This document shows, piece by piece, positions 1 through 8,364 of a DNA stretch of 12,250 bases. Numbering within the stretch: position 1 is the stretch's first letter; each line of letters begins with the position of its first letter. The notes beneath the pieces were generated by a model. That model worked only from the letters and a program-made list of their open reading frames with translations. It had not been told where the DNA came from and ran no database searches. This DNA comes from Thermodesulfobacteriota bacterium (GTDB lineage Bacteria > Desulfobacterota > Desulfobulbia > Desulfobulbales > SURF-16), in contig JBDLIE010000070.1 of assembly GCA_039715015.1 (NCBI GenBank), positions 1-12,250 on the forward strand. Direction: 5' to 3'. The translations under genes and the position numbers were made by a program.

Positions 1-272
1 ATAGTCAGAAGCATGGTCCCACCCAGAATCTCTCTTCTCTCCTCCTCAGTTTCCGCACCGGCCCAGAATTTATAGAGGGCAACAGGGAGCTGAAAGCAGA
101 GGACAAGGGCGGCCATATCCATGATAATTCCCAGGATACTCAGGGTGCCGTAATCTGCCGGGGAAAGAAACGCCGTATAAATGGGCAGGAGGATAATTTG
201 CAGAGAGCGAGCCGTCATTCTGCCCAGCCAGTAGATTACGGCATGGTGAAAAAAACTTTTCTTAGCTGGCAT
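1..272 (-). CDS. wzx: Wzx-type polysaccharide flippase (MOP superfamily), 5' part only; runs off the left edge
   Basis: Not in the ORF track. Manual translation from the ATG at 272 is open to the edge: MPAKKSFFHHAVIYWLGRMTARSLQIILLPIYTAFLSPADYGTLSILGIIMDMAALVLCFQLPVALYKFWAGAETEEERREILGGTMLLT. The LLPIYTxxLSPxDYG motif between hydrophobic helices is the typical flippase N-terminus. Confidence 0.88.
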   Translation of the reverse strand, partial: MPAKKSFFHHAVIYWLGRMTARSLQIILLPIYTAFLSPADYGTLSILGIIMDMAALVLCFQLPVALYKFWAGAETEEERREILGGTMLLT

Positions 273-391
273 AATTTCTGATAGAAAGAACAGGGTTTAA
301 GGGCAAATGGTCGCCAAGAAAAAAGAACGTCGCACCGTCACCTTCAGCTTCAGGCCTCTGCAGCCATCATTTTGCCTTGTCATAATCCTCA

Positions 392-1639
392 TCAGCTACC
401 ACCCTCTTTGATCCCAGCTTCAGAGATATAATACAGACCGTTTGAGATAAGGAGGAGAATGGGCAATATGAGGGAATATGCATGAGAAAGAAAAAATGCC
501 GCTGTTATATAGGTAACAATGGATATCCTCGCACTTACGGCCAGTAGAGCAAAGGAGCGCAACTCATGATTTTCATCAAGCAGAGGCAGGGCTTGGCTAC
601 AATTTCTCCAGGCCGTCTTCAGCAGCATGATAAAGAGAACAAGCCCCACCAACCCCAGCTCCAGTCCCGCCTGAAAGTAAGAATTATGCAAAGACCGCCA
701 GCGGCCAAACTCTATACCCATGGCATTCGTGGTGTTGCTGACCCCAACGCCAGTTAGGGGATTTTCCACAATAAGTTGCATTCCTGAAATCCATAGACTC
801 AAACGGCCAACCCCTCCCACCTCAGGGTTTTGAATATTATAATCAACACCACTTAGAACATCTTGCCACCGCTCCTTCACCGTGTCGGCAAATGGACTCA
901 TGAAAAAACCGGCAACTAACAAAACCACAAAAATTTTATGCCAAGCTTTAACCCTCTTGCCTGTTGTGAATAGCAGAAGCAAACACGCCACAGTAAGCGA
1001 CAAGATTCCACCCCGCGACCCGGTACTCAGAATCCCCAAGACCAGACAGACAAGCAACGCCCCCCAAAACAACTTCGATGTCAATTTGCCCTGCATAAAA
1101 AAAGCAACATTCATTGGAAAAACAACCGCCAAAACCATGGCAATATCGTTTGGATCATAGGTTGCCCCCACACTGACCCTGCCATATTGGGTGACCTGGG
1201 TAAAATCGAGAAAGAGAATAGCCAGGGCCAGTATCCCGCCAGCAAGCACAAAAAACTTCACCAACTTCCGCAGCTGGTGTGGAGAGCGGACGAAAGGTAA
1301 CCAAAAAAAATAGAGGAGAGTATTGATGAGCAGAATTGTATACCAGCCCTCAAGGGCATGCCTCGGCCACCTGGAGAAAGGGATGACTAAAAAGCCTAGA
1401 AAAAGCAAAAGCTGCATCAATTTAAGACCAGGAAACTCACCCTCACGAATAGCCTGTGGCCCGCTGGAAACAAAAAAAGCCACACAGGTAAAGACAAAAC
1501 TGACAAGACCAAGCCTGGTCCCGGCAAGAACAGGAAAAACCTCTCCAGGCCGCACCACAAAAACAAAAAATGAAAGGCAAACGCCGAAGAAATAAAAAAA
1601 ATTTTGCCGGGGTATAGTTTGATCCGCAAGGGTTTGCAT
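392..1639 (-). CDS. O-antigen ligase / Wzy polymerase family membrane protein (Wzy_C-like domain)
   Basis: 415 aa with many hydrophobic helices. Motifs YDPNDIA, TGSRGG, R-x-x-x-W...NPLTGVG and LHNSYFQxxxELGxxG match O-antigen ligase/polymerase-like proteins. Adjacent to wzx and glycosyltransferases. Confidence 0.85.
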   Translation of the reverse strand: MQTLADQTIPRQNFFYFFGVCLSFFVFVVRPGEVFPVLAGTRLGLVSFVFTCVAFFVSSGPQAIREGEFPGLKLMQLLLFLGFLVIPFSRWPRHALEGWYTILLINTLLYFFWLPFVRSPHQLRKLVKFFVLAGGILALAILFLDFTQVTQYGRVSVGATYDPNDIAMVLAVVFPMNVAFFMQGKLTSKLFWGALLVCLVLGILSTGSRGGILSLTVACLLLLFTTGKRVKAWHKIFVVLLVAGFFMSPFADTVKERWQDVLSGVDYNIQNPEVGGVGRLSLWISGMQLIVENPLTGVGVSNTTNAMGIEFGRWRSLHNSYFQAGLELGLVGLVLFIMLLKTAWRNCSQALPLLDENHELRSFALLAVSARISIVTYITAAFFLSHAYSLILPILLLISNGLYYISEAGIKEGGS

Positions 1640-1672
1640 GAAATCTCTAATCCTTTGATGATTATGGGAAAA

Positions 1673-2593
1673 CTATTTAGCCGACTGAGAACGGGTGGCC
1701 CGACTCAGAACATTGCCACCTTCATTGCCAACAGGCCCCAAAGCCCGATAGCACCCGTCAATTTTTTTTCTAAAAACCGTTTTCATCACAGAACGCGCTC
1801 CGCCGGCCATAAGGCCAAGCAGCAACCTTCCCGCCCCCTGCCTGCCAGCAATTTTTTCTTTCATGCGGACCCCAAAAGCCTTTTCCTCTCTCCCCGGGCC
1901 AGTAAACAAGGCGCTGAAAACCGTAAAAAGCTGCTCCTCCTGCCATCGAATTCGAGCAAGATATTTCCAGTAATCCTCCAGTTCAGGCGGTTCATAGTAG
2001 ACCCGGTGACTGATGATGGAGAATCTGTCCGGCGGCACAACCAACTGGAGGAAGGTATCATCGCCAGTGACTCCTGACGGTATTCCGTCAATATTTCTTT
2101 GGGCAAATTCCTGGGCCAGACCCTGACGACGAATGGCGTACAAGCCCCCGGCCAGGAAATCCTGGCGCACAGGAATCTGCAGGAACCCTGTAAAGCGCTG
2201 CCCCCATGTCAAGCCTGCTTTTCTTGGCCAGAAAGAGCAGCCGACCACAACAGTTTGCTTGTTCTCCTTGGTCAGCAGCCCATACAAGGCCTCAATGGCA
2301 CCGGCTTCCGGCACCACATCACCATCGGCAAAGACGAGGATGGGATTTTTATTTTCACTAAAGGCAACGTTCCAGGCGTTGGCCTTTGAGGGCTTGCGCA
2401 ACTCCCTTAGATAGAGGTTTGACCGTCCCCGACACAAGGAACGGACGATTTCCTCAGTGTTGTCCGTGCAGCCATTGGCATAGACCTTGATATCAAGGTC
2501 TAATGTGCCGCAGTTTTCAGCAATAGCACCGATTGTTTCGGCGATATGCTTCTGTTCATTATGGGCAAGTATGCAGACACAGAGATCCTTCAC
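1673..2593 (-). CDS. GT2-family (GT-A fold) glycosyltransferase, apparently soluble
   Basis: 306 aa; GTG start after GAGGAGG. Motifs VCILAHNE, ANGCTDNT, SKANAWN, the DxD motif FADGD, GDD and RIRW. Confidence 0.88.
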   Translation of the reverse strand: MKDLCVCILAHNEQKHIAETIGAIAENCGTLDLDIKVYANGCTDNTEEIVRSLCRGRSNLYLRELRKPSKANAWNVAFSENKNPILVFADGDVVPEAGAIEALYGLLTKENKQTVVVGCSFWPRKAGLTWGQRFTGFLQIPVRQDFLAGGLYAIRRQGLAQEFAQRNIDGIPSGVTGDDTFLQLVVPPDRFSIISHRVYYEPPELEDYWKYLARIRWQEEQLFTVFSALFTGPGREEKAFGVRMKEKIAGRQGAGRLLLGLMAGGARSVMKTVFRKKIDGCYRALGPVGNEGGNVLSRATRSQSAK

Positions 2594-2597
2594 GCCG

Positions 2598-2604
2598 CCT
2601 CCTC
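2598..2604 (-). promoter_or_regulatory. Shine-Dalgarno sequence for the GT2 gene
   Basis: GAGGAGG on the minus strand, directly after the upstream TAA (2605-2607) and 4 nt before the GTG at 2593. Confidence 0.7.
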
Positions 2605-3648
2605 TTAACTCTGTTGCCTCGTCATATAACTTAAGAAATCAGCTCCATCGCTCTTCATATTCTGGCGCACCGGAGACTGACTGTAAAGCCTTTCGTAATC
2701 AGGTTCTGGCTCATTACTATAAAAATCCAAGCCAAAAGCCTCCACCACGGCAAGAATGCGGCGACTCTGCTCCGGGGTAAAATATCTCTGCCAGCCGGTG
2801 AGCGGATCGCGGCCCTTGGAGACCTGGGAGAAAGTTGCGGTTGTTGTGCTCGGCCTCTGGAGCCTGACCTTGGCCTCCTCGGGCAAAGGCAGCTCCCAGA
2901 CCTTGAAAAGTTTCGTCAGCTCCTCAAGGCCTGTTCTGACAAGGCGCTCATAGCAAACAAGATGGAAAGGCATGGGCGGCTGGGCAACAAAAGGGACGTA
3001 ATATTCCATGCACCAGGAGACTGCGATATACTCCTCAACACTGACAAGGCCATTGCACACCTGGCGCAGATGGGGATAAACCTGAAAAAAAGCATGATCA
3101 GCTGGTGCCTTAGCCGGCCGGGGCCAGCCTTTCTGAAGGTAGGACGCTATGCAGGCGCATGGATGACGAATAATTAAGGCCGGAGGCCGCACCGGAAAGG
3201 TATGGGCAAACCAGTCGAGCATCATGTTAGCCCGGACAAACTTAACAATCCATACTCTTGCATGACGGGCCTGTTGCAAAGTGACATGAGACATAGTCCA
3301 GCGGTTGCGGACCTTGCCGAGCAGAACCTTCTGGAGGAAATTTTCCCCCTCGGGCCAAGAGGCACCTCGAGGAACCATTGTCTCCCACTTGAACCCGGCC
3401 CGCCGGGCCGCCGAAACCTGGCCAAGATGCAGGGGCTCAAAGAGAATGGCACTTTCCGGCACCATATTCACCAGCTCGGCCAACCAGGTAGTGCCGGCCC
3501 TGGGAGCGCCGGCAATGACCAGGGTATCGGCCATATTATAGTCTTTGGGGGCATAGAGTTTGAGCAGAAACGGCACGAGAATACCATGCAATCGCAGGTC
3601 GATCTGCGTCAGGAGCTTGTGGTGCTTAACCTTGCCATATATTTTCAA
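2605..3648 (-). CDS. PAPS-dependent sulfotransferase
   Basis: 347 aa; TTG start preceded by GGAGAGGG (the exact start is uncertain). 5'-PSB loop AGAPRAGTTWL, FEP, 3'-PB motif IIRHPCACIAS, and VCYERL. Confidence 0.85.
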   Translation of the reverse strand: MKIYGKVKHHKLLTQIDLRLHGILVPFLLKLYAPKDYNMADTLVIAGAPRAGTTWLAELVNMVPESAILFEPLHLGQVSAARRAGFKWETMVPRGASWPEGENFLQKVLLGKVRNRWTMSHVTLQQARHARVWIVKFVRANMMLDWFAHTFPVRPPALIIRHPCACIASYLQKGWPRPAKAPADHAFFQVYPHLRQVCNGLVSVEEYIAVSWCMEYYVPFVAQPPMPFHLVCYERLVRTGLEELTKLFKVWELPLPEEAKVRLQRPSTTTATFSQVSKGRDPLTGWQRYFTPEQSRRILAVVEAFGLDFYSNEPEPDYERLYSQSPVRQNMKSDGADFLSYMTRQQS

Positions 3649-3718
3649 ACCGTTATCCCTCTCCGATAATTCATCAGGTGAAAGAAGCCATTTGCGATGG
3701 ATGGCCTAAGCTCCCTGA

Positions 3719-4867
3719 TTAACGCTCCACTTTTTCCCAAATGGCCTGTTGGCGGGCTGACAGAAAACGAAAAAAACCCTGGAAGGCAGCCAGGTTCACC
3801 ACACAAAAATAATAGGGCAAATAGACCACATGATTCCTGCGTAATTCTTTTTTCAAATAGCCAAGGAGGGCCAGCAGATAAAAGCACGTCTGGGCGGCAA
3901 ACATCCAAAAGTAAAGGGGAGTGGTGATCAGAAAAATGTTGGAGGCAAAAAGCGTGAGCAGCAAAAAAGGCGCCAGCCACCTCAAAATCTTGTGGGAGAT
4001 AAAGGCAAACCACATACTAAGATTCAATGAACTGCTGCTTTTTAGAAAATCTGCCAGGAACTGGTAGCCACCGGCGACAATCCTGCCCTTGCGCTTGAAT
4101 TCGTTTTCTGCAGAAGGGACAACTTCCTCGACGGCCTCAGCAGCTTTTTCATAGACAATCCGCTGACCACTCACAGGTGCCTGCATGGAAAGGGTGAAAT
4201 CATCGAGGATGGTTTCCGGGGACAGGGTGCGAAATAAATCTCTGCGCATGGCAAAGAGAGCGCCGTCCACCCCGACCATACTCCCAAGCAGGGATTCAGA
4301 CTCCTGAACAGCCGCCTCGTATCTCATATACAGGCTCTCCCCAGCCACCTCTTGATCGCCCCGCGCCCTGACCAAAACCTTAGCGCAGACGACACCGACC
4401 TCAGGATCGGCAAAGGGGGCCAGTAGGTACTGGCAGCTTTTTTCAGCAACCATCACATTGGCGTCCCCGAAGATGAGAATCTCTCCACGAGCTTTAGCGA
4501 CTCCGACATTCAGGGCATGAGCCTTCCCGGCCCGAGGCTGATAGGTGATAAGTTCTAAATATTCTGATCTTCCGGCAAACTCTTCCAAGATCAGATTTGT
4601 TTTATCGGTGGAGCCATCTGAAACAATGATAATTTGATGATCTACCCCTCCAAAATCAAGGGCCAGACAGTTCTCGACTTTGGCGCGGACCACCTCTTCC
4701 TCATCATGGGCCGCTATGATCATAGTGACCGAGCCTGTGTATTTTTCTTTGCGCCAGGGTTTTGCTAAAAAAAGCGCCAGAGTAAGCGCTGCCAGAGGAT
4801 AGCCAACAAAGGTCCAGGCCAGAAGGAAGAAGGAAAACCAGAGAAGAATGACAAAAAAAACCATCAC
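3719..4867 (-). CDS. GT2-family glycosyltransferase with N- and C-terminal transmembrane helices (CESA-like subgroup)
   Basis: 382 aa. N-terminal hydrophobic segment (WTFVGYP), IIAAHDEE, SDGSTD, GKAHALN, GDAN, LDDF, EFKRKGRIVAGG, SHKILRW and a hydrophobic C-terminus. ATGA overlap with the upstream GT4 at 4864-4867. Confidence 0.92.
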   Translation of the reverse strand: MMVFFVILLWFSFFLLAWTFVGYPLAALTLALFLAKPWRKEKYTGSVTMIIAAHDEEEVVRAKVENCLALDFGGVDHQIIIVSDGSTDKTNLILEEFAGRSEYLELITYQPRAGKAHALNVGVAKARGEILIFGDANVMVAEKSCQYLLAPFADPEVGVVCAKVLVRARGDQEVAGESLYMRYEAAVQESESLLGSMVGVDGALFAMRRDLFRTLSPETILDDFTLSMQAPVSGQRIVYEKAAEAVEEVVPSAENEFKRKGRIVAGGYQFLADFLKSSSSLNLSMWFAFISHKILRWLAPFLLLTLFASNIFLITTPLYFWMFAAQTCFYLLALLGYLKKELRRNHVVYLPYYFCVVNLAAFQGFFRFLSARQQAIWEKVER

Positions 4868-5991
4868 CGTCCCCCTGTCAGGACATCTCGATATAAGTCC
4901 TCAAGCCGTCCAACCCGTGCTTCAATACTAAAAAAATCCTGCACCCGACGTCTGCCCTGCTCGGCAAAACGCTGCCAGACTTCCGGGTCGCTGAGGACCT
5001 CAGCCAGGCCGCGGGCAAGTAAGGAGGGATGCTCCGCGGGCACTAGCCTGCCACTTATGCCGTCTTCGATGATCTCCGGCACCCCCCCTACCGCAGTGGC
5101 AACCACGGGCTTGCCCATGGCCATGGCCTCCAGCACCACGTTGGGAATACCCTCGGAGCGTGAAGGCAGGACAACCACGTCGGCCTCGGCCACAAAGTCG
5201 CCTGGGGTTTCCGAAAAACCAGGGAAATGGACTCTTCCTGTCAATCCGAGCCGGCAGACCTGCTCCTCCATGGCCGTCATCTCCTGGCCCTCCCCCACCA
5301 AGAGCAGCTGAACATCTTCTACCTGGTCAATAAGAAGGGCAAAAGCCTCTAGGAGAACATCCATGCCCTTTTCCGGGCTGAACCGCCCCACAGAGACGAC
5401 AATTTTGCAGCCATCGGGCATTTCGGCTGTTTGCCGCAGGGATCTTGAGCTACCGGACATGGGCATTGGCGAGGCGACATCCACGGCGTTATGCAGGACA
5501 TGCACCCGCCTGGAATTTTGGCCGCCGAACACCTTTTGTCGTTGGGCCTTTGAGACAAGGACGGTTCGGTGGGCTGCCAACTGGAGCATATTATCTATCA
5601 GGTTGTAGATCTTCACCTTGATGTTTTCGCTGGTAGTGCCGTGCATGAAGCAAACCCATTTTACCGGACATAAAAATCTGCCACAAAAGCCAAGGAAGGT
5701 CGGCTTATAGCCATGGGTCTGCACCACATCGAAGTTCTTTTCCTTGATCTCCTGGACAACCTGACGGACCAAAGAGATATATGATCTGTTTTTCTGGACC
5801 AAAAAATGTACTGGAATACCGCGCTCCCGTACAGCCTGCAGAAAAAGGGTCTCTCCTTCATCATTATATTGAAAGTCATACAGTTGAATTTCCGCCACTT
5901 CCGGACTCAGATTTTCAATCAACTGAAATATGCCCTTCACCGGCCCGGTAACAGTGTCGGCTGCAATCAAGAGCATAACCTTGAGAGCCAT
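4864..5991 (-). CDS. GT4-family (GT-B fold) glycosyltransferase
   Basis: 375 aa. Motifs VQTHGYK, HNAVD, VGRFSPEKG, the E-X7-E motif EGIPNVVLE, and AMAMGKPVVATAVGGVPE. Confidence 0.95.
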   Translation of the reverse strand: MALKVMLLIAADTVTGPVKGIFQLIENLSPEVAEIQLYDFQYNDEGETLFLQAVRERGIPVHFLVQKNRSYISLVRQVVQEIKEKNFDVVQTHGYKPTFLGFCGRFLCPVKWVCFMHGTTSENIKVKIYNLIDNMLQLAAHRTVLVSKAQRQKVFGGQNSRRVHVLHNAVDVASPMPMSGSSRSLRQTAEMPDGCKIVVSVGRFSPEKGMDVLLEAFALLIDQVEDVQLLLVGEGQEMTAMEEQVCRLGLTGRVHFPGFSETPGDFVAEADVVVLPSRSEGIPNVVLEAMAMGKPVVATAVGGVPEIIEDGISGRLVPAEHPSLLARGLAEVLSDPEVWQRFAEQGRRRVQDFFSIEARVGRLEDLYRDVLTGGR

Positions 5992-6072
5992 ATCAGACCA
6001 ACCTGCCTCTGTTGTGAGCTTTCCTGTGAGAAAGAAAACTCTTCGAATCCACAGCCTCTTTGCCCATGGCGC

Positions 6073-7287
6073 TTACTCCCATACTCCCTGCAAACGATCC
6101 GCCGCCGGGCCGTCTGCAAATCTTCTTTTCACAGCGCACCGCACCGAATAAGCGACCCAGGAAAAAAAGGGTAACGGATCCTGGAACTCAAAATCATCAC
6201 GATACACCTGCCAGTTTGTCACAGAAAAAAAATCCCTGAGAAACTTAATTTTATCCGGACTCTGCCCCAACAACGGCAGGAAGGCGCGCAAATCACCGCC
6301 AATCCAGCGCGACTTAACCCCGGTTGCAAAATTTGTGACCGATTCCACATCACCATCATGGGCGATTTGGTAGAGGAGCCAGGGAAAATCAACCCCCGAG
6401 GCAATGGCCTGGGCCACGGAGCCCCAAAACCTGGGGTTGATGTCAATAAGGAACGGAATGCCGCTTGCAGAATCGACGACAAAATCGGCCTGACAGACGC
6501 CATGCCACTTCATGGCCCCAAGAAGTTTCTGGATATTGCCTTCCGCCTGCTCACTGCGGATACTCTGGCGCATGACTGCCTGGCCAAAGGGAACCGGATA
6601 CTCACGAAGCTGCCTATACGCCACCATCCCTCGCAACTCCCCCTTGCAAAAGAGGGTAGCCACACAATGGGTCTCTCCGTCAATCTTCTCCTGAACAAAA
6701 AAACGATCCCAACTATGTTCACCGTTCGACTCGGTAGCAAGAAGCCCTTGAAGTTCCTGAACGGAGGTAACCTCCTGAATGGCCCAGCCGCCACCGCCCT
6801 GTTTTGGTTTAAGCAACACAGGAAAGCGGAGTTCATGGCACAAGGCAGTGTTCGCCTGCAGTGTTGTTACGGCAAAGGCCCTGGGATGGGGGATGTCAAG
6901 CTCATCGGCCAGAGAGCCCCAGCTGTCCTTATTGTGTGCATCCAGAATCTGGTCGTACTCAGGAACAACCAATTTCACATGGTGGGCCAATTCTTCCCTA
7001 TATTGGGCCACTAGAAATGTTTCCTCAAGAACGGGGATGAGGACCTCAGCCTCTAACTCCTTGATCTTGCGGAGCAGACATTCTTTAAAATCAACAGGTG
7101 CCGAAAAAGGTGATGGATAGACAAAACTCCCCTGGGCGTACCGTGAAGCCGCGGACATTGCCCCTGATTCGACATCGCCGACGAACACCCGGCAGCCACG
7201 TCTGCCGAGGCTGCGGACAATGTTATAGGCAACCCGGCTCTTGCCGGAGGTGACAATAACTGTGCGATTCTGCCCCATCGTATCCAT
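6073..7287 (-). CDS. ATP-grasp carboxylate-amine ligase family protein
   Basis: 404 aa (alternative start at 7278). N-terminal RSLGRRG...SRY, then NKD, FPVLLKPKQGGGG, VQEKIDG, QADF and IDINPRFWGS: the ATP-grasp motif series of ligases found in polysaccharide clusters. Confidence 0.9.
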   Translation of the reverse strand: MDTMGQNRTVIVTSGKSRVAYNIVRSLGRRGCRVFVGDVESGAMSAASRYAQGSFVYPSPFSAPVDFKECLLRKIKELEAEVLIPVLEETFLVAQYREELAHHVKLVVPEYDQILDAHNKDSWGSLADELDIPHPRAFAVTTLQANTALCHELRFPVLLKPKQGGGGWAIQEVTSVQELQGLLATESNGEHSWDRFFVQEKIDGETHCVATLFCKGELRGMVAYRQLREYPVPFGQAVMRQSIRSEQAEGNIQKLLGAMKWHGVCQADFVVDSASGIPFLIDINPRFWGSVAQAIASGVDFPWLLYQIAHDGDVESVTNFATGVKSRWIGGDLRAFLPLLGQSPDKIKFLRDFFSVTNWQVYRDDFEFQDPLPFFSWVAYSVRCAVKRRFADGPAADRLQGVWE

Positions 7288-7357
7288 GCTCTTTTCCCGA
7301 GCTCCTTGCTGGCCATAACGACCACAGAAAAAAACGCTCCCTCAAATACTCTTTTTC

Positions 7358-8299
7358 TCACCGCAACATTTTCACCTGCAATATTCGATAGGTTAACTCG
7401 GTCCGGATGTAAGCAAGCCATTCCTTTCCACTGAGACCGGACAAGGAAACCGGGACATAATTCATTGCGGACATTTCCCGGGAGAGCCTGTTCTGGATAA
7501 AAAGAATTTCATCTTTGCGAAGTCCTGTCTTCCACTTTTCAAGGCTTTTCCGGTTCGGCGCAGAGGTGACATTGGTATGCAGTTTTTGCTGATTGGCCGG
7601 AATTTTATCCCCATAGCCACCCGCCTTTTTTTTCTTGCCCCCTCTCACCTCCAGGAAGCGCAGAGTCGCCGCCACTACATCCTGCGTATTTTCTATCAAA
7701 TTCTCATACCGGATACAAAAAAGGTTCTTCGCCCCTTTGTTTTTTTCGACTATTCTGGCCCGCTTGCGATATTGCCAAACAAAATAGGGCAACGAATGTC
7801 CCATGGCCTTGCCTGTATAGAGGCAGCTGGCATTTTTTTGAGAGTTATAAATGGCGCGCGGATCGCGGATCACAAAAATATTTTTTGTATCCCCAAAAGT
7901 CTTCTGTACATCTTCGAGGATATCAATATAGTATCCAGCCTTGTGTACAAAAACCTTGGCAGTCGCATCTCCAAAATATTCTATCATACAGTTCAGTAAA
8001 ATATCTTTAAAGGTCAGGGGATATCCTCCTGATTTCAACTTGCGAAACAGGACCTCTCTATCTATTTTCCACTCTTGAAAGCGAATATCTCCAAACAATT
8101 CATCCAGATAGCGCTTTAAGGTATGGTCATCTGAAATTTCCTCATAATCTACGGGTATCAACCGATGGATGGCGCCGGGAAAGCCTGCTTCGATGCCAAC
8201 AGAGACCTCTTCATATTCATCCAACAGCCGACAGAGAAACGTAGAGCCGGACCTGCTGAGATAGTTAACAAAAGCAAGATTCACATTATTGCGGTCCAT
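7358..8299 (-). CDS. PAPS-dependent sulfotransferase
   Basis: Start moved from 8383 to the ATG at 8299 (GGAG upstream; removes the overlap with the previous gene), giving 313 aa; 8314 is also possible. 5'-PSB-like YLSRSGSTFL, 3'-PB VIRDPRAIYNS, IRYENL and a late KWK. Confidence 0.85.
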   Translation of the reverse strand: MDRNNVNLAFVNYLSRSGSTFLCRLLDEYEEVSVGIEAGFPGAIHRLIPVDYEEISDDHTLKRYLDELFGDIRFQEWKIDREVLFRKLKSGGYPLTFKDILLNCMIEYFGDATAKVFVHKAGYYIDILEDVQKTFGDTKNIFVIRDPRAIYNSQKNASCLYTGKAMGHSLPYFVWQYRKRARIVEKNKGAKNLFCIRYENLIENTQDVVAATLRFLEVRGGKKKKAGGYGDKIPANQQKLHTNVTSAPNRKSLEKWKTGLRKDEILFIQNRLSREMSAMNYVPVSLSGLSGKEWLAYIRTELTYRILQVKMLR

Positions 8300-8364
8300 A
8301 TCTTTGGTCTCCATTCCATACGAAAGCCCCCGGCAAGAAAAAGCAAGCACGGTAAAGATGCAGC

